A stretch of 64,000 nucleotides of DNA from Octopus vulgaris (GCA_951406725.2 OX597819.1:129704001-129768000); one strand, 5' to 3'. Positions 29,197 to 43,778 are shown, numbered from the stretch's first letter. Notes: a model not told the origin generated them from the letters alone. A program made the numbers and translations.

Positions 29197-29238
<42 letters not shown>

Positions 29239-29879
29239 GAGAGAGAGAGAGAGAAAGAGAGAGAGTGAGTGAGAGAGAGAGAGACAGACAGACAGACCGC
29301 GCCCGCACACGCTCAAGCACACGTGCACGCACACACACGCACACATGCGCACACACGCCCGCACGCACATACGCATACACACTCACATGCACACGCGCAC
29401 ACACATGGATATATATACATACTTATATACGTGTGCGTATGCGATTATATATATGTATGTACGTATATTTATATATATACGTGTGTGTGTGTGTGTGTGT
29501 AGGTGTGTGTGTGTGTTCTCTCGTGCGCGCATGTGTGTGTGTGTGTGTGTGTGCATATATGCATATATAGGAGTGCTTATGGATGCAAATACAGTCTCCT
29601 TCTCATATTAACACACAAGCAATCGCACAACAAAATTCGATGACAAATACATAGATAGACGCCTGCACTTTTGGTAAGATATATAATGAGAGAGAGAGAG
29701 AGAGAGATAGAGAGAGGGAGAGAGAGAGACGGAGAGAGAAAGAGAGAGTAAGAAAAAAGTAGATTAGAAAGGGAGCGACTGATAGAGAGAATAATAGAAA
29801 GAGAGACATAGAGGTGTCAAGACACGCCTACATTCATGTATATCTATCTATCAATCTGTCCGTCCGTCCGTCCGCCATT

Positions 29880-29962
<83 letters not shown>

Positions 29963-30007
29963 AGACAAATAGATAGATAAATAAACACAAATTTATGAAT
30001 ACCTATG

Positions 30008-30061
<54 letters not shown>

Positions 30062-30094
30062 AAATCTATTGATGTACATGTATTTATATATGTA

Positions 30095-30138
30095 TACACA
30101 CCCGGCTTCGTCTTTTTTGTTTTTCGGTAAAGTCTCCA
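30095..30138 (+). mobile_element. Family H1 extreme 3' tip
   Basis: ACACCCGGCTTCGTCTTTTTGTTTTTCGGTAAAGTCTCC then (TA)n. Confidence 0.55.
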
Positions 30139-30232
30139 TATATATATGTATACACACACGCACACACACACGCACACACACACTCACACATATATATATG
30201 CATGCATGTATGTATGTATGTATGAATCCCCC

Positions 30233-30266
<34 letters not shown>

Positions 30267-30531
30267 GAAGAGAGATAAAGAGAAAGAGAGTGAGTGGGTG
30301 TGCCTAATTTGGTGTGTGTTGGTTGAGTTTAAGAGAACGAGATACATACAAAAGCATAAATGCATTTCGTATTGAATTATTAAACCATCAGTTTCTATTC
30401 AATGGTAAAATTGGAAGAACATTACGTATACATATCCTATGAGAATGCGTATACCCTACCAGAGACACAAACAAGCTCATACGCGCACACACATACATAC
30501 CTGTGTGTGTGTGTGCTTGTGTGTGTGTGCT

Positions 30532-30563
<32 letters not shown>

Positions 30564-30579
30564 CTGTGTAAATATATAT

Positions 30580-30702
30580 AGGGAGAGTTTACGAAAAAAA
30601 CAAAATACGAAGACAGGTGGTGTACAAAACAAACAGATGTATTAGTATAACGCTCAGGAATAGAAAAAGTCTTTTACGTTTCGAGCCTACGCTCTTCTAC
30701 AG
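30580..30702 (-). mobile_element. Family H1 hammerhead element, 5'-truncated at the core
   Basis: Reverse complement begins CTGTAGAAGAGCGTAGGCTCGAAACGTAAAAGAC; (TA)n on both sides. Confidence 0.8.
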
Positions 30703-31035
30703 CAATATATATATATATGCATATGTATATATATATTTCAAAGAAGTTTCATATATCCCAGAGACAAGTACTTAATGTAAAGAATATAGAGTTAATATGT
30801 GTACTTATGAAATCCTGTTAACCTGTCAGGTTTCTCCGAGTTATGATATTTGATTCCTAACTGATTATTAATCATGAGACATAGCACGACACTCTCGTGG
30901 CTTAACAGGATTTCTATGTGTGCGCGCATACACACGTACACATATGCTTGCGCGCACACACATACACATATATACCTAGATGTATATTCATGAATACGAA
31001 TGTACACATGTGTATGTTTATACATATATACATGC

Positions 31036-31137
<102 letters not shown>

Positions 31138-31205
31138 CTCTCTCTCTCTGAATCTACATGTGTGTATATATTCGTACCCCCCACACCCAACATGTATATA
31201 GATAG

Positions 31206-31249
<44 letters not shown>

Positions 31250-31819
31250 CCTACGATGGAGCGGTGTCCAGTCAAAGTGGAGGATATATATGTTACAGAA
31301 TCCGGAAAATCAACCTGATGATATGATTATGACTCGAGAAGGACTTTTGATACTGTTTTTTTTCCTTTTTTATTTTTGGTACGTGTATACAAATTACATC
31401 AGTTTTATTTGAGATGATTTGTATGAATTTCGCCAAAAGACGCTTAGCTCATTAAAGAAAAGCTTCTTCCTCCGCGAAATCGGGATAACTGCGGTCCATC
31501 TGAGAAACGAACCCTGCAAAATGTGGTGGTTGTTGCAGTGATGCAATCATGTCCACGGGGCGCGGCTGAACACGCCATTTTTTTCTTTTTGGTTTCTTGG
31601 TAATGTAGTTCTGGGGATTTTCTCGATAATATGAACTTTTTGTAATTTTTATGTGTTTTTTTGTGTCTTTTCTTCCTGTGAAAATACGTTGCTAAATAGA
31701 AGTATTACAATTTAAAAAAAAAAAAATTGTAAAGGTAACTTAAAATTTTGCTCTAAAAAAGAAATTAATTTATGCCAGTTAGTACAACTAATCGTGAAAA
31801 TCCTATTATCACACCTGTT

Positions 31820-32402
31820 TGTTTACTACCCACAAAGGGCTAAACATAGAGGGGACAAACAAGGACAGAGAAACGGATTAAGTCGATTATATCGACCTCA
31901 ATACGTAACTGGTACTTATTTAATCGACCCCGAAAGGATGAAAGGCAAAGTCGACCTCGGCGGAATTTGAACTCAGAACGTAGCGGCAGACAAAATACCT
32001 ATTTCTTTACTACCCACAAGGGGCTAAACACAGAGGGGACAAACAAGGACAGACAAACGGATTAAGTCGATTATATCGACCCCAGTGCGTAACTGGTACT
32101 TAATTTATCTACCCCGAAAGGATAAAAGGCAAAGTGAACCTCGGCAGAATTTGAACTCAGAACGTAACGGCAGACGAAATACCTATTTCTTTACTACCCA
32201 CAAGGGGCTAAACACAGAGAGGACAAACAAGGACAGACAACGGATTAAGTCGATTATATCAACCCCAGTGCGTAACTGGTCCTTAATTTATCGACCCCAA
32301 AAGGATGAAAGGTAAAATCGACCTCGGCGGAATTTGAACTCAGAACGTAGCGGCAGACGAAATACCGCTAAGAATTTCGCCCGGCGCGCTAACGATTCAG
32401 CC
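31820..32402 (-). mobile_element. SINE family A, head plus three tandem ~184-bp bodies
   Basis: Units start ~31820, ~32000, ~32184; junction GACGAAATACC|TATTTCTTTAC. Confidence 0.92.
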
Positions 32403-32548
32403 ACAATTATCAATGAATCCACCGTTATCATCAGTTGCTGCTTCAGTACGGGATCGGAAGCGTTGACATGCCCAAATCAAATGATCTTTATAAATCTTGG
32501 ACGTAATGCTGGTTATGGCTTATGGAGCTGTTGATCTCTCTCTCTCTC

Positions 32549-32595
<47 letters not shown>

Positions 32596-32825
32596 AATAC
32601 ACCCATACGTAATGGATTGAGATCCGGTAAGACAGAGGCCATGTGTCTTTGACCACCATCTACCAGTTGGTTGCCGTTTTCATAACCTAGTCTAAATCTG
32701 AAGCACGAAAAATGCAGCCTCACTCTCATCATTCTGAATGAACATTTTAGCAACTCACAAGCCTAACAACTTGTGTCTGTGTATATGTTTGTATACATTT
32801 GTATATGTATATGTATATATATATA

Positions 32826-32990
32826 TAATCGAATGAATAATAACAAACGATGGATAATTGTCATCTCATTATAAACTGTTTCTTACGTAACCTTTTAATA
32901 GCAGAATGAGAAGATTACATCATTATAAAAGATTACGGAATCTCTATAAATGATTACGGAATCATCAGATGAGAAGTAATTCTTACAAAG
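32826..32990 (-). mobile_element. Family H2 hammerhead element
   Basis: Reverse complement of 32865-32973: CTCAT CTGATGA TTCCGTAATC..GGTTACGTAA GAAAC AGTTT ATA | ATGAG; stem I CTCAT/ATGAG intact, stem III mutated. Confidence 0.7.
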
Positions 32991-32999
32991 CAAAGGAAT

Positions 33000-34070
33000 A
33001 TGCCAAGAACCCAGCCAGGATGTGGCTTGAGTCTGTCGTGGCCAACTGTGAAATGGGAGAATGAGAAGCTATGTTGGCCGTTTAGGTTAAGAAAAGAGTG
33101 TAATCTGATATCCAAGGTCAGTGACCCGGGCGAGAAGGAGTCTGCTAAGCTAGATTCTAGGTAGGCTGGAGTGGGGTGTATGAGGTAATTTATTATAGTA
33201 AGCTTCGCGTATTGGTAAATAAGAAGAGTTCATTAAACAATTAAGGATAAGGGAAGAAGAAAGGATAAATAAATCAAAACTGCTCAACTATTCTTGCTAA
33301 ACTTGCAAAAGAACTCGTCATCACTCAGTAGAAATCGGTCTACTCTTCTTAGCCAAAAGGAGGCTGCAGGGAAATGCTGACAATGGATTCCGCTAATGAC
33401 TATATCCGTTTTACATAGGACAACTACTCCATCTCTGTAAAATTCCCCTTCAACCAACAAAGCGTCTCACTAGTATTACCAGGCCGGAGAATCTGGGACT
33501 TGTCTATAATCCCTAAACCGAAAGTTCCCCTGAACAGACCAGCCTGTTGATTCTCGCTCACACCTAGAGTTCCTGGAGGAATTTATCTCCCTTTCCCATC
33601 TCTACGTAATACTAACGTTGATTTTCCAACGGCCGCATTGTCTGACAAATAAAAAGCTGTCAGCACCCGAGAACATTCTAGATGTTAGACACTGTGTGTT
33701 CCTTGATCCTGGTCTGCAGTTCTGTCGAAGAGACGAGTTGTAGGAAAACGTACTTGACAAAGGTTGGTCACATCTTATCATTTAAAAATCTCTGCAGATG
33801 TCACTATCTCAGTACATCATCAAAGACGGCCATCCAAGCCCTAGCTTGAGGAGAGTGTTCATGGTAGATGGCTTGTCTAACCAGTGGAACACACACCTTT
33901 CTAAAGAACCCAAAGAACTGAAACTTCAGTCTAGTTGCAAAGTGGAGAACCAATCAAGACAGCCGTTAATGAGCGAGGTGATGTAGGTATTCGCCACTTC
34001 TGCAGGATCCTTTTAAGATGCGACGTTGGTCGAGGAGTCACCTCCCCGGTGCCGAAGTGCATTTCGGCAA
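33000..34070 (-). pseudogene. L1/Tx1-clade LINE ORF2 C-terminal region, decayed
   Basis: FGFFRKVCVPLVRQAIYHEH..HLQRFLND..FLQLVSSTELQTRIK..GLFRGTFG; overlaps the homologous LFCFL*KGRVTLVRRAI peptide of the 53.3-kb fragment, which carries YADD. Confidence 0.55.
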
Positions 34071-34199
34071 GCCTACCGATTTGTCCGAGTTAAATTTTAC
34101 TTTTGTTACTTTTGTCCGGGTTAAATTTTATTTTTGTTACTGACTCGCATTTCTTTAGAATGGTTTCGACCACTTCGCTCTCCAAGAGCCTCTACAATA

Positions 34200-34328
34200 T
34201 GTTCAGCGTGCAAGGAATAGCAGTAAAGTGCCCACAGATCCCGTCCAGATGAGAATATGGCTTCGTATTTCCTGCTGGAACGCATTTCATTATAAGCTTA
34301 CTCGATCAGAGTTGATCTGTGATTAAAC
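34200..34328 (+). mobile_element. Family E copy whose tail runs into the 1-kb trinucleotide array
   Basis: GCAAGGAATAGCAG..GCTGGAACGCATTTCATTATAAGCTTACTCGATCAGAGTTGATCTGTGATTAAAC then (GTC)n. Confidence 0.55.
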
Positions 34329-34794
34329 GTCGTCGTCGTCTGCGTCGTCGTCATCATCATCATCATCATCATCATCATCGTCATCATCGTCATCATCATC
34401 ATCATCATCGTCATCATCATCGTCATCGTCATCGTCATCGTCATCATCATCATCATCATCATCGTCATCGTCATCATCGTCATCATCATCATCGTCATCG
34501 TCATCATCATCATCATCATCGTCATCGTCATCGTCATCGTCATCATCATCATCATCATCATCGTCGTCATCGTCATCATCATCATCATCATCATCATCGT
34601 CATCATCATCATCATCATCATCGTCATCGTCATCATCATCATCATCATCATCATCGTCATCGTCATCGTCATCATCATCGTCATCGTCATCGTCATCATC
34701 ATCATCATCGTCATCGTCATCATCATCATCATCATCATCATCATCGTCATCGTCATCGTCATCATCATCATCATCATCACCATCATCGTCATCG

Positions 34795-34842
<48 letters not shown>

Positions 34843-34863
34843 CCATCATCGTCATCGTCATCG

Positions 34864-34895
<32 letters not shown>

Positions 34896-34998
34896 GTCAT
34901 CGTCATCATCACCATCATCATCATCATCATCATCATCACCATCACCGTCGTCGTCGTCGTTGTCGTCGTCGTTGTCGTCGTCGTCATCATCATCGTCG

Positions 34999-35033
<35 letters not shown>

Positions 35034-35203
35034 GTCATCATCATCATCATCGTCGTCGTCGTCATCATCATCATCATCATCATCATCATCACCGTTGTCG
35101 TCGTCGTTGTCGTTATCATCATCATCGTCATCATCATCATCATCATCATCATCATCACCGTTGTCGTCGTCGTTGTCGTCATCATCATCATCATCATCAT
35201 CAT

Positions 35204-35250
<47 letters not shown>

Positions 35251-35350
35251 CCGTTGTCGTCGTCGTCATCATCATCATTATCATTATCATCAACAACAGC
35301 AACAACGACAACAATAACGATGATGACCGAGGCGACAACAACTAACAACA
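34328..35350. repeat. ~1-kb (CAT/CGT)n trinucleotide array
   Basis: Directly visible; yields the poly-H/R, poly-D and poly-M/T pseudo-ORFs. Confidence 0.98.
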
Positions 35351-35789
35351 ACTAAAATCAGCAGAGGTTCATCGCTTTTTCACTCCATACCGATATTCCA
35401 CTTCAAATGGATGTCTAAGCAGGCGTGGGCCCAAGGGTTAAAAGCTCCGTATTCAAACCATTCTGCGAACACTTCCGGATTTTCTTTGCAATAACAGTTT
35501 CACATCGGCTCAAATTTCTACATTTCTAAAGGAGCAGATATAAGGTAAGTTAATCTATCCAAGGGTGTGACGAGTTCATAATTTATAGACTCTGGAAGAC
35601 TGCAAAAGAGAAGTGTTACCGCAGTGAGATTTGAACCCCGAACCTGTGTCACTCTGTCGACTATGTTATCCCCTGTTATAGTAATGACATAAACTTTATT
35701 TCATATCTACGTAGCGTCGGCCATGACTGGGTGAGCAATCAGGAGATTGCAGCATTTTGAATGCGTGTTAGTATTGATATATATACAAT

Positions 35790-35812
35790 AGGCATGTATG
35801 TATGTATGTATG

Positions 35813-35846
<34 letters not shown>

Positions 35847-36377
35847 TGTATGTATGTATGTATGTATGTATGTATGCATGTATGTATGTATGTATGTATG
35901 CATGTATGTATGAATGTATATATGTATATATGTATATATGTACGTATGTATGTATGCATTTGTGCGTGTATGTAAATATATATATACTTTCATACATATA
36001 TACATATATGTGTGTATGTATATATATAAATATATATATATATACATACATGCACATAAATATATGTATATGTGTGTATATATATATATGCACATAAGCA
36101 TACATGCATTCATACACACGCACAAACACGCACACATACATATATACATACATGTCGTGTGTATATGTGTGTATGTGTGTGTGGGTGGGTATAAGAATGC
36201 ATACATACGCATACACAAACACACACACATGCACACACACAGACATACACATGCATACACATATACTTACATATGTACATATAGATGTATGCACGTATGA
36301 AAGGTATATTAATACATATGAATGTATGTATATATATGTGTGTGTGTATATATATGTATGTATCTCTCTCTCTCTCG

Positions 36378-36434
<57 letters not shown>

Positions 36435-36802
36435 GAGAGGAAGAGAGAAAAAGAGAAAGAGAGGGGAAAGAGAGTGATGGGGTAGACAGAAACAGAAATA
36501 TTAAGTATATTGAGAGATGCAGAGAGAGAATGCGAAATGGATAATAAAAAAATCAAACTAGCAAAGGAAAATATGAAAAAACTTAAAAAGGAAATAGAAA
36601 AGAAAAAGCCGCATGCCAAGTTAACATTTGGTAATTTATCAAATAAGAATATAGAATTAATATATTTAAAAGTGGGAAGAATTCAAAGAAAAGGTGAAGT
36701 TTTCATCATAAATGGGTTAGATTGACAACATAATGAGGTTAGCAACGAGGAATTTTTCTGGGATGGAATGAATGTCAATGATGAGGATGATGGCGTGAGT
36801 TA

Positions 36803-36889
<87 letters not shown>

Positions 36890-36981
36890 CATCTATCTAT
36901 CTATCTATAAGTGTCTCTACCTATGTAACTCTACTGACAAAAACACACCCACTGCTATACATACATACATACATACATACA

Positions 36982-37044
<63 letters not shown>

Positions 37045-37104
37045 GTGTGTGTGTGTAATATATATATACATACGCATAAATATAACATATATATGATAAG
37101 TATA

Positions 37105-37138
<34 letters not shown>

Positions 37139-37251
37139 CATACACACATACATATATAGATATAACGTATACATGGTATGTGTGTGTGAATATATATATG
37201 TAAATGTACATATATACACATATATATGTAAATATACATACATACACACAC

Positions 37252-37338
<87 letters not shown>

Positions 37339-37395
37339 ATAAAAACACGCACACATGCATACAAGCCTCCACATAAACTGAGAAATACACATATA

Positions 37396-37453
<58 letters not shown>

Positions 37454-37580
37454 CATACGTGCATAAACGTGCCTGCACACACATTCACACATACTAGGAG
37501 TGCGTGTCGGTATAAAGCCATTTTATATATTTAATCTAAGTGCAAATAAACATAGACAAGATTAACAAAATATATACATA

Positions 37581-37627
<47 letters not shown>

Positions 37628-37630
37628 ACA
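35790..37630. repeat. Compound (TATG)n/(TA)n/(TATC)n microsatellite field
   Basis: Directly visible. Confidence 0.95.
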
Positions 37631-37987
37631 CATGCTCACACGAATGTGAAAAACCAACAATAATCGAAGTGAACACCAAATTATCTTCCCTGTTTTATTG
37701 TATTCTTAGAATCTTTATATCAACTTATATTAAATATACAAATGTATTAGATAATGAATCTTAGCTTAATCATCAATTAATCAATTCTTTAATCATTATA
37801 TATATTCTTAGCATCTTTGCAACATGTTGGCGGTGTCAGTGTATGTATGTATGTATGTATGTATGTATGTATGTATGTATGTATGTATGTATGTATGTAT
37901 GTATGTTTGCGTTTACAAACGGGAATGTAAGAATTTAATTTCTAAGCTGATAAGCTGACATAATGACTCAAGAGCGTGCAGTTTCGT

Positions 37988-38058
<71 letters not shown>

Positions 38059-38060
38059 CT

Positions 38061-38096
<36 letters not shown>

Positions 38097-38118
38097 CTGT
38101 ATATATATATATATATAA

Positions 38119-38426
38119 GGCACGTGGCTTTGTGGTTAGGGTATTCGGATCGCGAGTTCGATTCCCGGCAGCGTGTTGTATCCTTAAACAAGACACTTTA
38201 TTTCCCAGTCCTCCAGTCCACTCAAATGGCAAAAATGAGTTGTACCTGTATTTCAAGGGGGCCAGCCTTGTCACACTCTGTGTAGTGCGGCATCTCCCTG
38301 AGAAGTTGTGAAGGGATACGCGCGTCTGTGGAGTGCTCAGCCACTTGCACGTTAATCTCACCAGCAAGCTGTTTTGTTGATCGGATCAACTGAAACCCTC
38401 CTCGTCGTAAGCGACGGAGTGACAAC
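38119..38426 (+). mobile_element. tRNA-headed SINE family D
   Basis: GGCACGTGGCTTTGTGGTTAGGGTATTCGG..GAGTTCGATTCCCGG, then CCTTAAACAAGACACTTTATTTC; head and central block shared with 42235-42570. Confidence 0.8.
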
Positions 38427-38458
38427 TCTGTACTATATATATACATATACATATATAC

Positions 38459-38496
<38 letters not shown>

Positions 38497-38498
<2 letters not shown>

Positions 38499-38690
38499 GC
38501 CTTCGAAACGTGGAGTAGATGAAACAGGGACAACTGAAGAAGGGGAATATTCTTTATGTTGCCTGTCTCGTTTCTCTGTTTTTTTAATTCCCCCCCCCAA
38601 ATGTTCGTTTCTATGTTTTTGTTTTTATGTTTTCGTTTCTCATTGTGTTCAACGTTTTTTGATGTCCTGTACCCATATATGCATGTATAT
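38497..38690 (+). mobile_element. Short element ending GTCCTGTACCCATATATGCA, related to 27878-28027
   Basis: CGAAACGTGGAGTAGAT..CAACTGAAGAAGGGG..TTCTTTATGTTGC colinear with 27880-27940; microsatellites on both sides. Confidence 0.6.
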
Positions 38691-38778
38691 ATACATATAT
38701 ATGTAGGTATGTACATATATGTATGCATATATGCATATATTTATATACTATATATTGTATATTATATATTATATAATA

Positions 38779-38829
<51 letters not shown>

Positions 38830-39668
38830 TATATTTATATAGCTTAAATTATATGAAAAGCGAAAATAATCAAGATATGTTCTTTAAAGTAAACATAGAC
38901 ATTCTTTATCTCCTTCATCAGGACATGAATTCATGCATCTAACGGAAATATGTCTATAAAATCATACAGTTGCACGTCGCCATCATCAGCAGGTAATAGA
39001 GTGGACATATATTGAGAACGTTGTTGGCTTTTGAACACACCATTGTTGCCCCAGTTTAAAAGAAATTCCAATTTATCAAACAAAAACCGAAAATACAAGA
39101 AATCTGAAATAGTTTTCCTCTCTCTTTACGAAATTTATGCACATGAATGTGCTTAATCTCCAGAGTTAAATGATAAAAATTACTGTGTCTGCATGAACTG
39201 TGAGGTTTAGCATTATTTAGCACAGTAGTCTACGTCAAAATACAATACAAAATAATAAATCGTCATATACAGGGTGAAGATGAGATTCAAAATGATCACT
39301 TGCGCATTTAATCTTAAAACGGTTCGGTAGATGCGAACGAGAAATGCTAATCGCTGGTGTATTTCGTCTAAGGAAAACAACTTTCCCTTCTAGACGAATA
39401 TATATCCATAACACCTGTTTTATAAGTACGAGAGATTCAGGGACATCCGATGTTTTGTCATTGATATGTCTTCTCGGCCGGAAGGAAACACTCGCGGACC
39501 AGTGAAATAAAACAATAGCCGATAGTTTTATTTATAATTTCGGCGATCGGTTTGTCCTCTGATCCGTACTGATATCTGCCTATCGATAATAAATCATCAG
39601 AGGACAAAGAAATTTAAAATGATGACTTTCATATTTATTCTTAATACGTTCCATTAGACGCCAGCATG

Positions 39669-39888
39669 AATTGTGGGCAATAAAGAAATAAGAAACGTTA
39701 GCACGCCGGGCAAAATGCTTAGCGGTATTTCGTCTGTCTTTACGTTCTGAGTTCAAATTCCGCCGAAGTCGACTTTGCCTTTCATCCTTTCGGGGTCGAT
39801 AAATTAAGTACCAGTTGCGTATTGGGGTAGATCTAATCGACTCATCCACCCCCAAAAGTTCAGGCCTTTTGTTTAGAGTAGAAAAGAA
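39669..39888 (+). mobile_element. SINE family A preceded by a copy of its own 3' end
   Basis: TTGTGGGCAATAAAGAAATA|AGAAACGTTAGCACGCCGGG.. Confidence 0.85.
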
Positions 39889-40277
39889 TATATATTTGTG
39901 ACATATTTTAGCTTCTAAAGGCAAATTCACTGGAGAAAAATATCTCTGTCATAGTAAAAGGTGCAAAAACACCAGATCTGACCTGTGCGTCGAAACAACG
40001 GTTTTGAATCTACCCAGGGATACCTCTCTTCGGTATTTCCCATTCAGAAGGTTAAAGAGCCAGAAACGCGTGTTTGGGAACCTGATGGGTTTGGGAGGAG
40101 GGCGATGCTGGGCAGATCTGATGTTTTTACAACTTTTACTACAAGAGAATTTTATCTCCACGGTAACTGCACTGAATTAGCTTTAGAAGTTAAAATATTT
40201 TACAAATATAAAGTTATTCTTAATCATTGGTTGACGCTGATGACGCCACACACACACATATCCATATATATTTGTAT

Positions 40278-40326
<49 letters not shown>

Positions 40327-40330
<4 letters not shown>

Positions 40331-40530
40331 AGAGTTTACGAAAAAACAAAACAAAAGACGAAGACAGGTGATATACAAAACAAACAGATGTATTTGTATA
40401 ACGCTCAGGAATAGAAAAAAGTCTTTTACGTTTCGAGCCTACGCTCTTCAACAGAAAGGGACACAGTAAAGACAAGGAGAGAAAAAACAATGTGTGTAGT
40501 GGCTAACGATCTATTATGGCGACTGACCAT
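40327..40530 (-). mobile_element. Family H1 hammerhead element
   Basis: Reverse complement of 40421-40462: GTCCCTTT CTGTTGA A GAGC GTAG GCTC GAAAC GTA | AAAGAC; (TA)n on both sides. Confidence 0.8.
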
Positions 40531-40560
40531 ATATATATATATATATATATATATATGACC

Positions 40561-40591
<31 letters not shown>

Positions 40592-40644
40592 TCTATCTAT
40601 TTATCTATCTATATATATATCTATATATATATCTATATATACAC

Positions 40645-40720
<76 letters not shown>

Positions 40721-41405
40721 GTATATATATGACTGTAAGTTCATGTATATGTTTGTTAATATGTGAATACATATTAACAAACATTTATCTATATGTGTAT
40801 GTGTGTGTATCAATGAAAGAATATATATATATATATATTCACAATAGTGACACTCATATATATATATATGATTTCATTAGGTGTGAGGAAACTTAAGACA
40901 AAGTGTTGAAAAGAAAAATAGCGAATACAGTTGCAGAGGTTGTCTTAATAAATGGCAAATAAAATAGAGATTGTGAAAGAAACTGCAAAGAGCAACAATA
41001 ACAACAACAGCAAGAAGCGCGATCAATAAGCCAAAAGAAGGACAATAATAACAAGAACAACAACAGCCGACGACAACATTCACAATAAAAAGAAAACGCG
41101 CAACAACAACAACGCGCAGGACGGCGTTAATAAGTATAACAGCTCTCAGTACTACAACAATAAATGGGAAAATAAGAATAAAAGTTTCTCAAAAATGTTA
41201 TCCGTGATTCAGAAAGTCATTGATATTTTGATATTTACTTCAAGATGATATTGACTCATAAGAATATATATATATATATGAATGAGTGCGTGTGTGTGTC
41301 TGTGTGTCTGTGTGTGTGTTCTTGTCTATATATATATATATATATATATATGAAGTATAAATATATATATATGAAAATATGTATGTATGTATATATATAT
41401 ATGAA

Positions 41406-41440
<35 letters not shown>

Positions 41441-41594
41441 GTATATATATATATAAATATATATAAATGAAATATACATAAATATATATATGTATGCATG
41501 TATATATGTATATATGAGTATGTGTGCGTGAATATGTATGTATACACATACAGAAATATATATATATATACATTTACGTATATATATACATATA

Positions 41595-41664
<70 letters not shown>

Positions 41665-41894
41665 TACATACAAACGTACGTACCAAAATATATATGCATA
41701 TATGTATATATATAAATATAGATACACATATGCACGTATGTATATATATGACTGTGTACGTACGCATGAATGCATTTACGTGAGTATAGTAAGTATATTT
41801 AATGAATGTTAGAACATTTGAAAGACTTTAAGTTCATAAAAATTTAGCTAAATACTTATATCAATAGAGGTACACACACACACGGACACACACT

Positions 41895-42065
41895 CATCAT
41901 CATCATCATCAGTATCATCACCTTAATGCTGATATGGATTGGACGGTTGGGTAGGAATTGGCAAGTCAGAGGATTGTACCATGCCTGGTTGTCACTGGAT
42001 GCCCTTCCTTATGCCTACCACTCTACAGAGTGTACTAGGTGCATTGTACGTGGCATCTGTAGCAG
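41895..42065 (-). mobile_element. Family F 3' end, decayed
   Basis: (CAT)n tail, CTGGATGCCCTTCCTTATGCCTACC, TACGTGGCATC. Confidence 0.6.
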
Positions 42066-42234
42066 GACAAATCCCTCAAAGTGAGGCGGGGAATAGCAGT
42101 GGTGTAGGGGAGGTTTGTTGGGGGAAAGAGTGCAGGCGGGTGTGTGTGGGACGACATGGACATGCCTTTACGGCCTCGACTATAAGTAGGTAAAAAAAAG
42201 GGGTAAAGCTGATCTATAAGTAGATAAAAAAGGG

Positions 42235-42570
42235 GTAAAGACACCCAACCCTCAGTCATGAATGATCATGGGATTGCACCTATAAAGTTCCCCTTCGAGG
42301 CACAAGTCCGGGCAGGGTTGTTTATGGAGGACCAGCAGTCACCCATGCATACTAATCCTCACCCTCTATGCCACTGATGTTATCCAAGGGAAAGGGGCCG
42401 ATACAGCTCGGCACCATTGACGTTGCAACCCATTTCTACGGTTGAGTGAATTGGAGCAACGCGAAATAAAGTGTCTTGCTCAAGAGCACACCATGCAGCC
42501 CAGTCCAGGAATCGAAATCACTACCTCGTGATTGTGAGCCCAATGCTCTAACTACTGAGTTATTGGCCTT
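42235..42570 (-). mobile_element. tRNA-headed SINE, family D variant
   Basis: Reverse complement head GGCCAATAACTCAGTAGTTAGAGCATTGGGCTCACAATCACGAGG..TTTCGATTCC, then CTTGAGCAAGACACTTTATTTC. Confidence 0.75.
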
Positions 42571-42684
42571 CACATAAATAGATATAGTTTTATACATATT
42601 AGACATAGAAACGCATACACATACAGAGAGCGGAAGAGAGGAAGATATCCAAAGGGAGAGCAGGAAAAAGGAGGTGGGATATTG

Positions 42685-42978
42685 AATTATTTCTACTCTA
42701 GGTACAAGGCCTTGAAAATTTTTTGGGAAGGGGGCTAGTCGATTATATCGACCCCAGAGCATAACTGGTATGACATGGACATAGCTTTACACTCTCTCAT
42801 TATTTACTCTCTCTCTCTCTCTCCTTTCTCTCCTCTCTCCCTCTTTCCCTTTCTCTCTTCAATCTTTCCCCATTCTCCAACTGAAGGAGCCATGTTACCC
42901 CTCTAACGCAAACTTCTATTTCTGCCCCTCATCGACCCCCGAAAGGATGAAAGGCGAAGTCGACCTCGGCAGAATTTA
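42685..42978 (-). mobile_element. SINE family A fragments split by a CT-rich insert
   Basis: 42685-42770 and 42930-42978 match consecutive parts of family A. Confidence 0.7.
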
Positions 42979-43574
42979 GTTGGGTGGGTGGGGGTGGGGT
43001 AATTAATGAAGAAAAAAAATCAGGACATATAAAATTAATATAGAGTAGGGCACCAAATGCTTGGATTGCACACAACTTATTAAAGGGTGTAAGAAATTAC
43101 GTAGGCAATTAGACAGATGCACCAACAGTCCGATAGAAAGACAGGCAGGCAGTTAGACAGCATGGTGGATGGAGAGAGAAAGAAACTCAACTATGATTCA
43201 ACGTAAATTTAAGAAACGCATTAATCAGAGGCAAATACATCCATCCATTTATACACACACACACGCACAGAAACATACACACATACACACACACACACAC
43301 GCGCGCGCGCGCACACACACACACACTCTTAGCTGTTCACTATCGCTTTTATGTGGAATATTTGAGATCGATTCTTCTCGTTTATTTATTCACGAAGGCA
43401 TAACGTCATGGCAGTGATAATGTGTTGTTTAGTTGTGCACTTTTCCTTTTACATATGAGTATGCCACATACATACATACATACATACATACATACATACA
43501 TACATACATACATACATACATACATACACATACATACATACATACATACATACATACATACATACATACATACA

Positions 43575-43608
<34 letters not shown>

Positions 43609-43746
43609 CATACATACATACACATATATACAGACATACATACGTACATACATACACACACACAAACATACATACATACATATATACATATATATATTCA
43701 TACATACATACATACATACATACATACATACATACATAAATACATG

Positions 43747-43778
<32 letters not shown>

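Noticed and set aside
31309-31352. CTGATGA-containing hammerhead candidates here and at ~38915 and ~46060 (minus strand)
   Set aside because: Missing a correctly placed GAAA or stems II/III; too decayed to call.
31820-32402. CRISPR-like or satellite array
   Set aside because: No unique spacers; these are tandem SINE bodies in eukaryotic DNA.
33680-33760. LQTRIKEH read as a GIY-YIG motif
   Set aside because: No YIG upstream; the surrounding peptides align with the L1/Tx1 ORF2 remnant instead.
34298-35351. 330-347-aa poly-D, poly-H/R and poly-M/T ORFs
   Set aside because: Open in several frames on both strands because of the triplet array; no unique coding flank.
39268-40230. Possible decayed Tc1/mariner (TACAGGGTG start, RPPPKPIRFPNTRFWLF peptide)
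   Set aside because: No partner TIR and only vague motif similarity.
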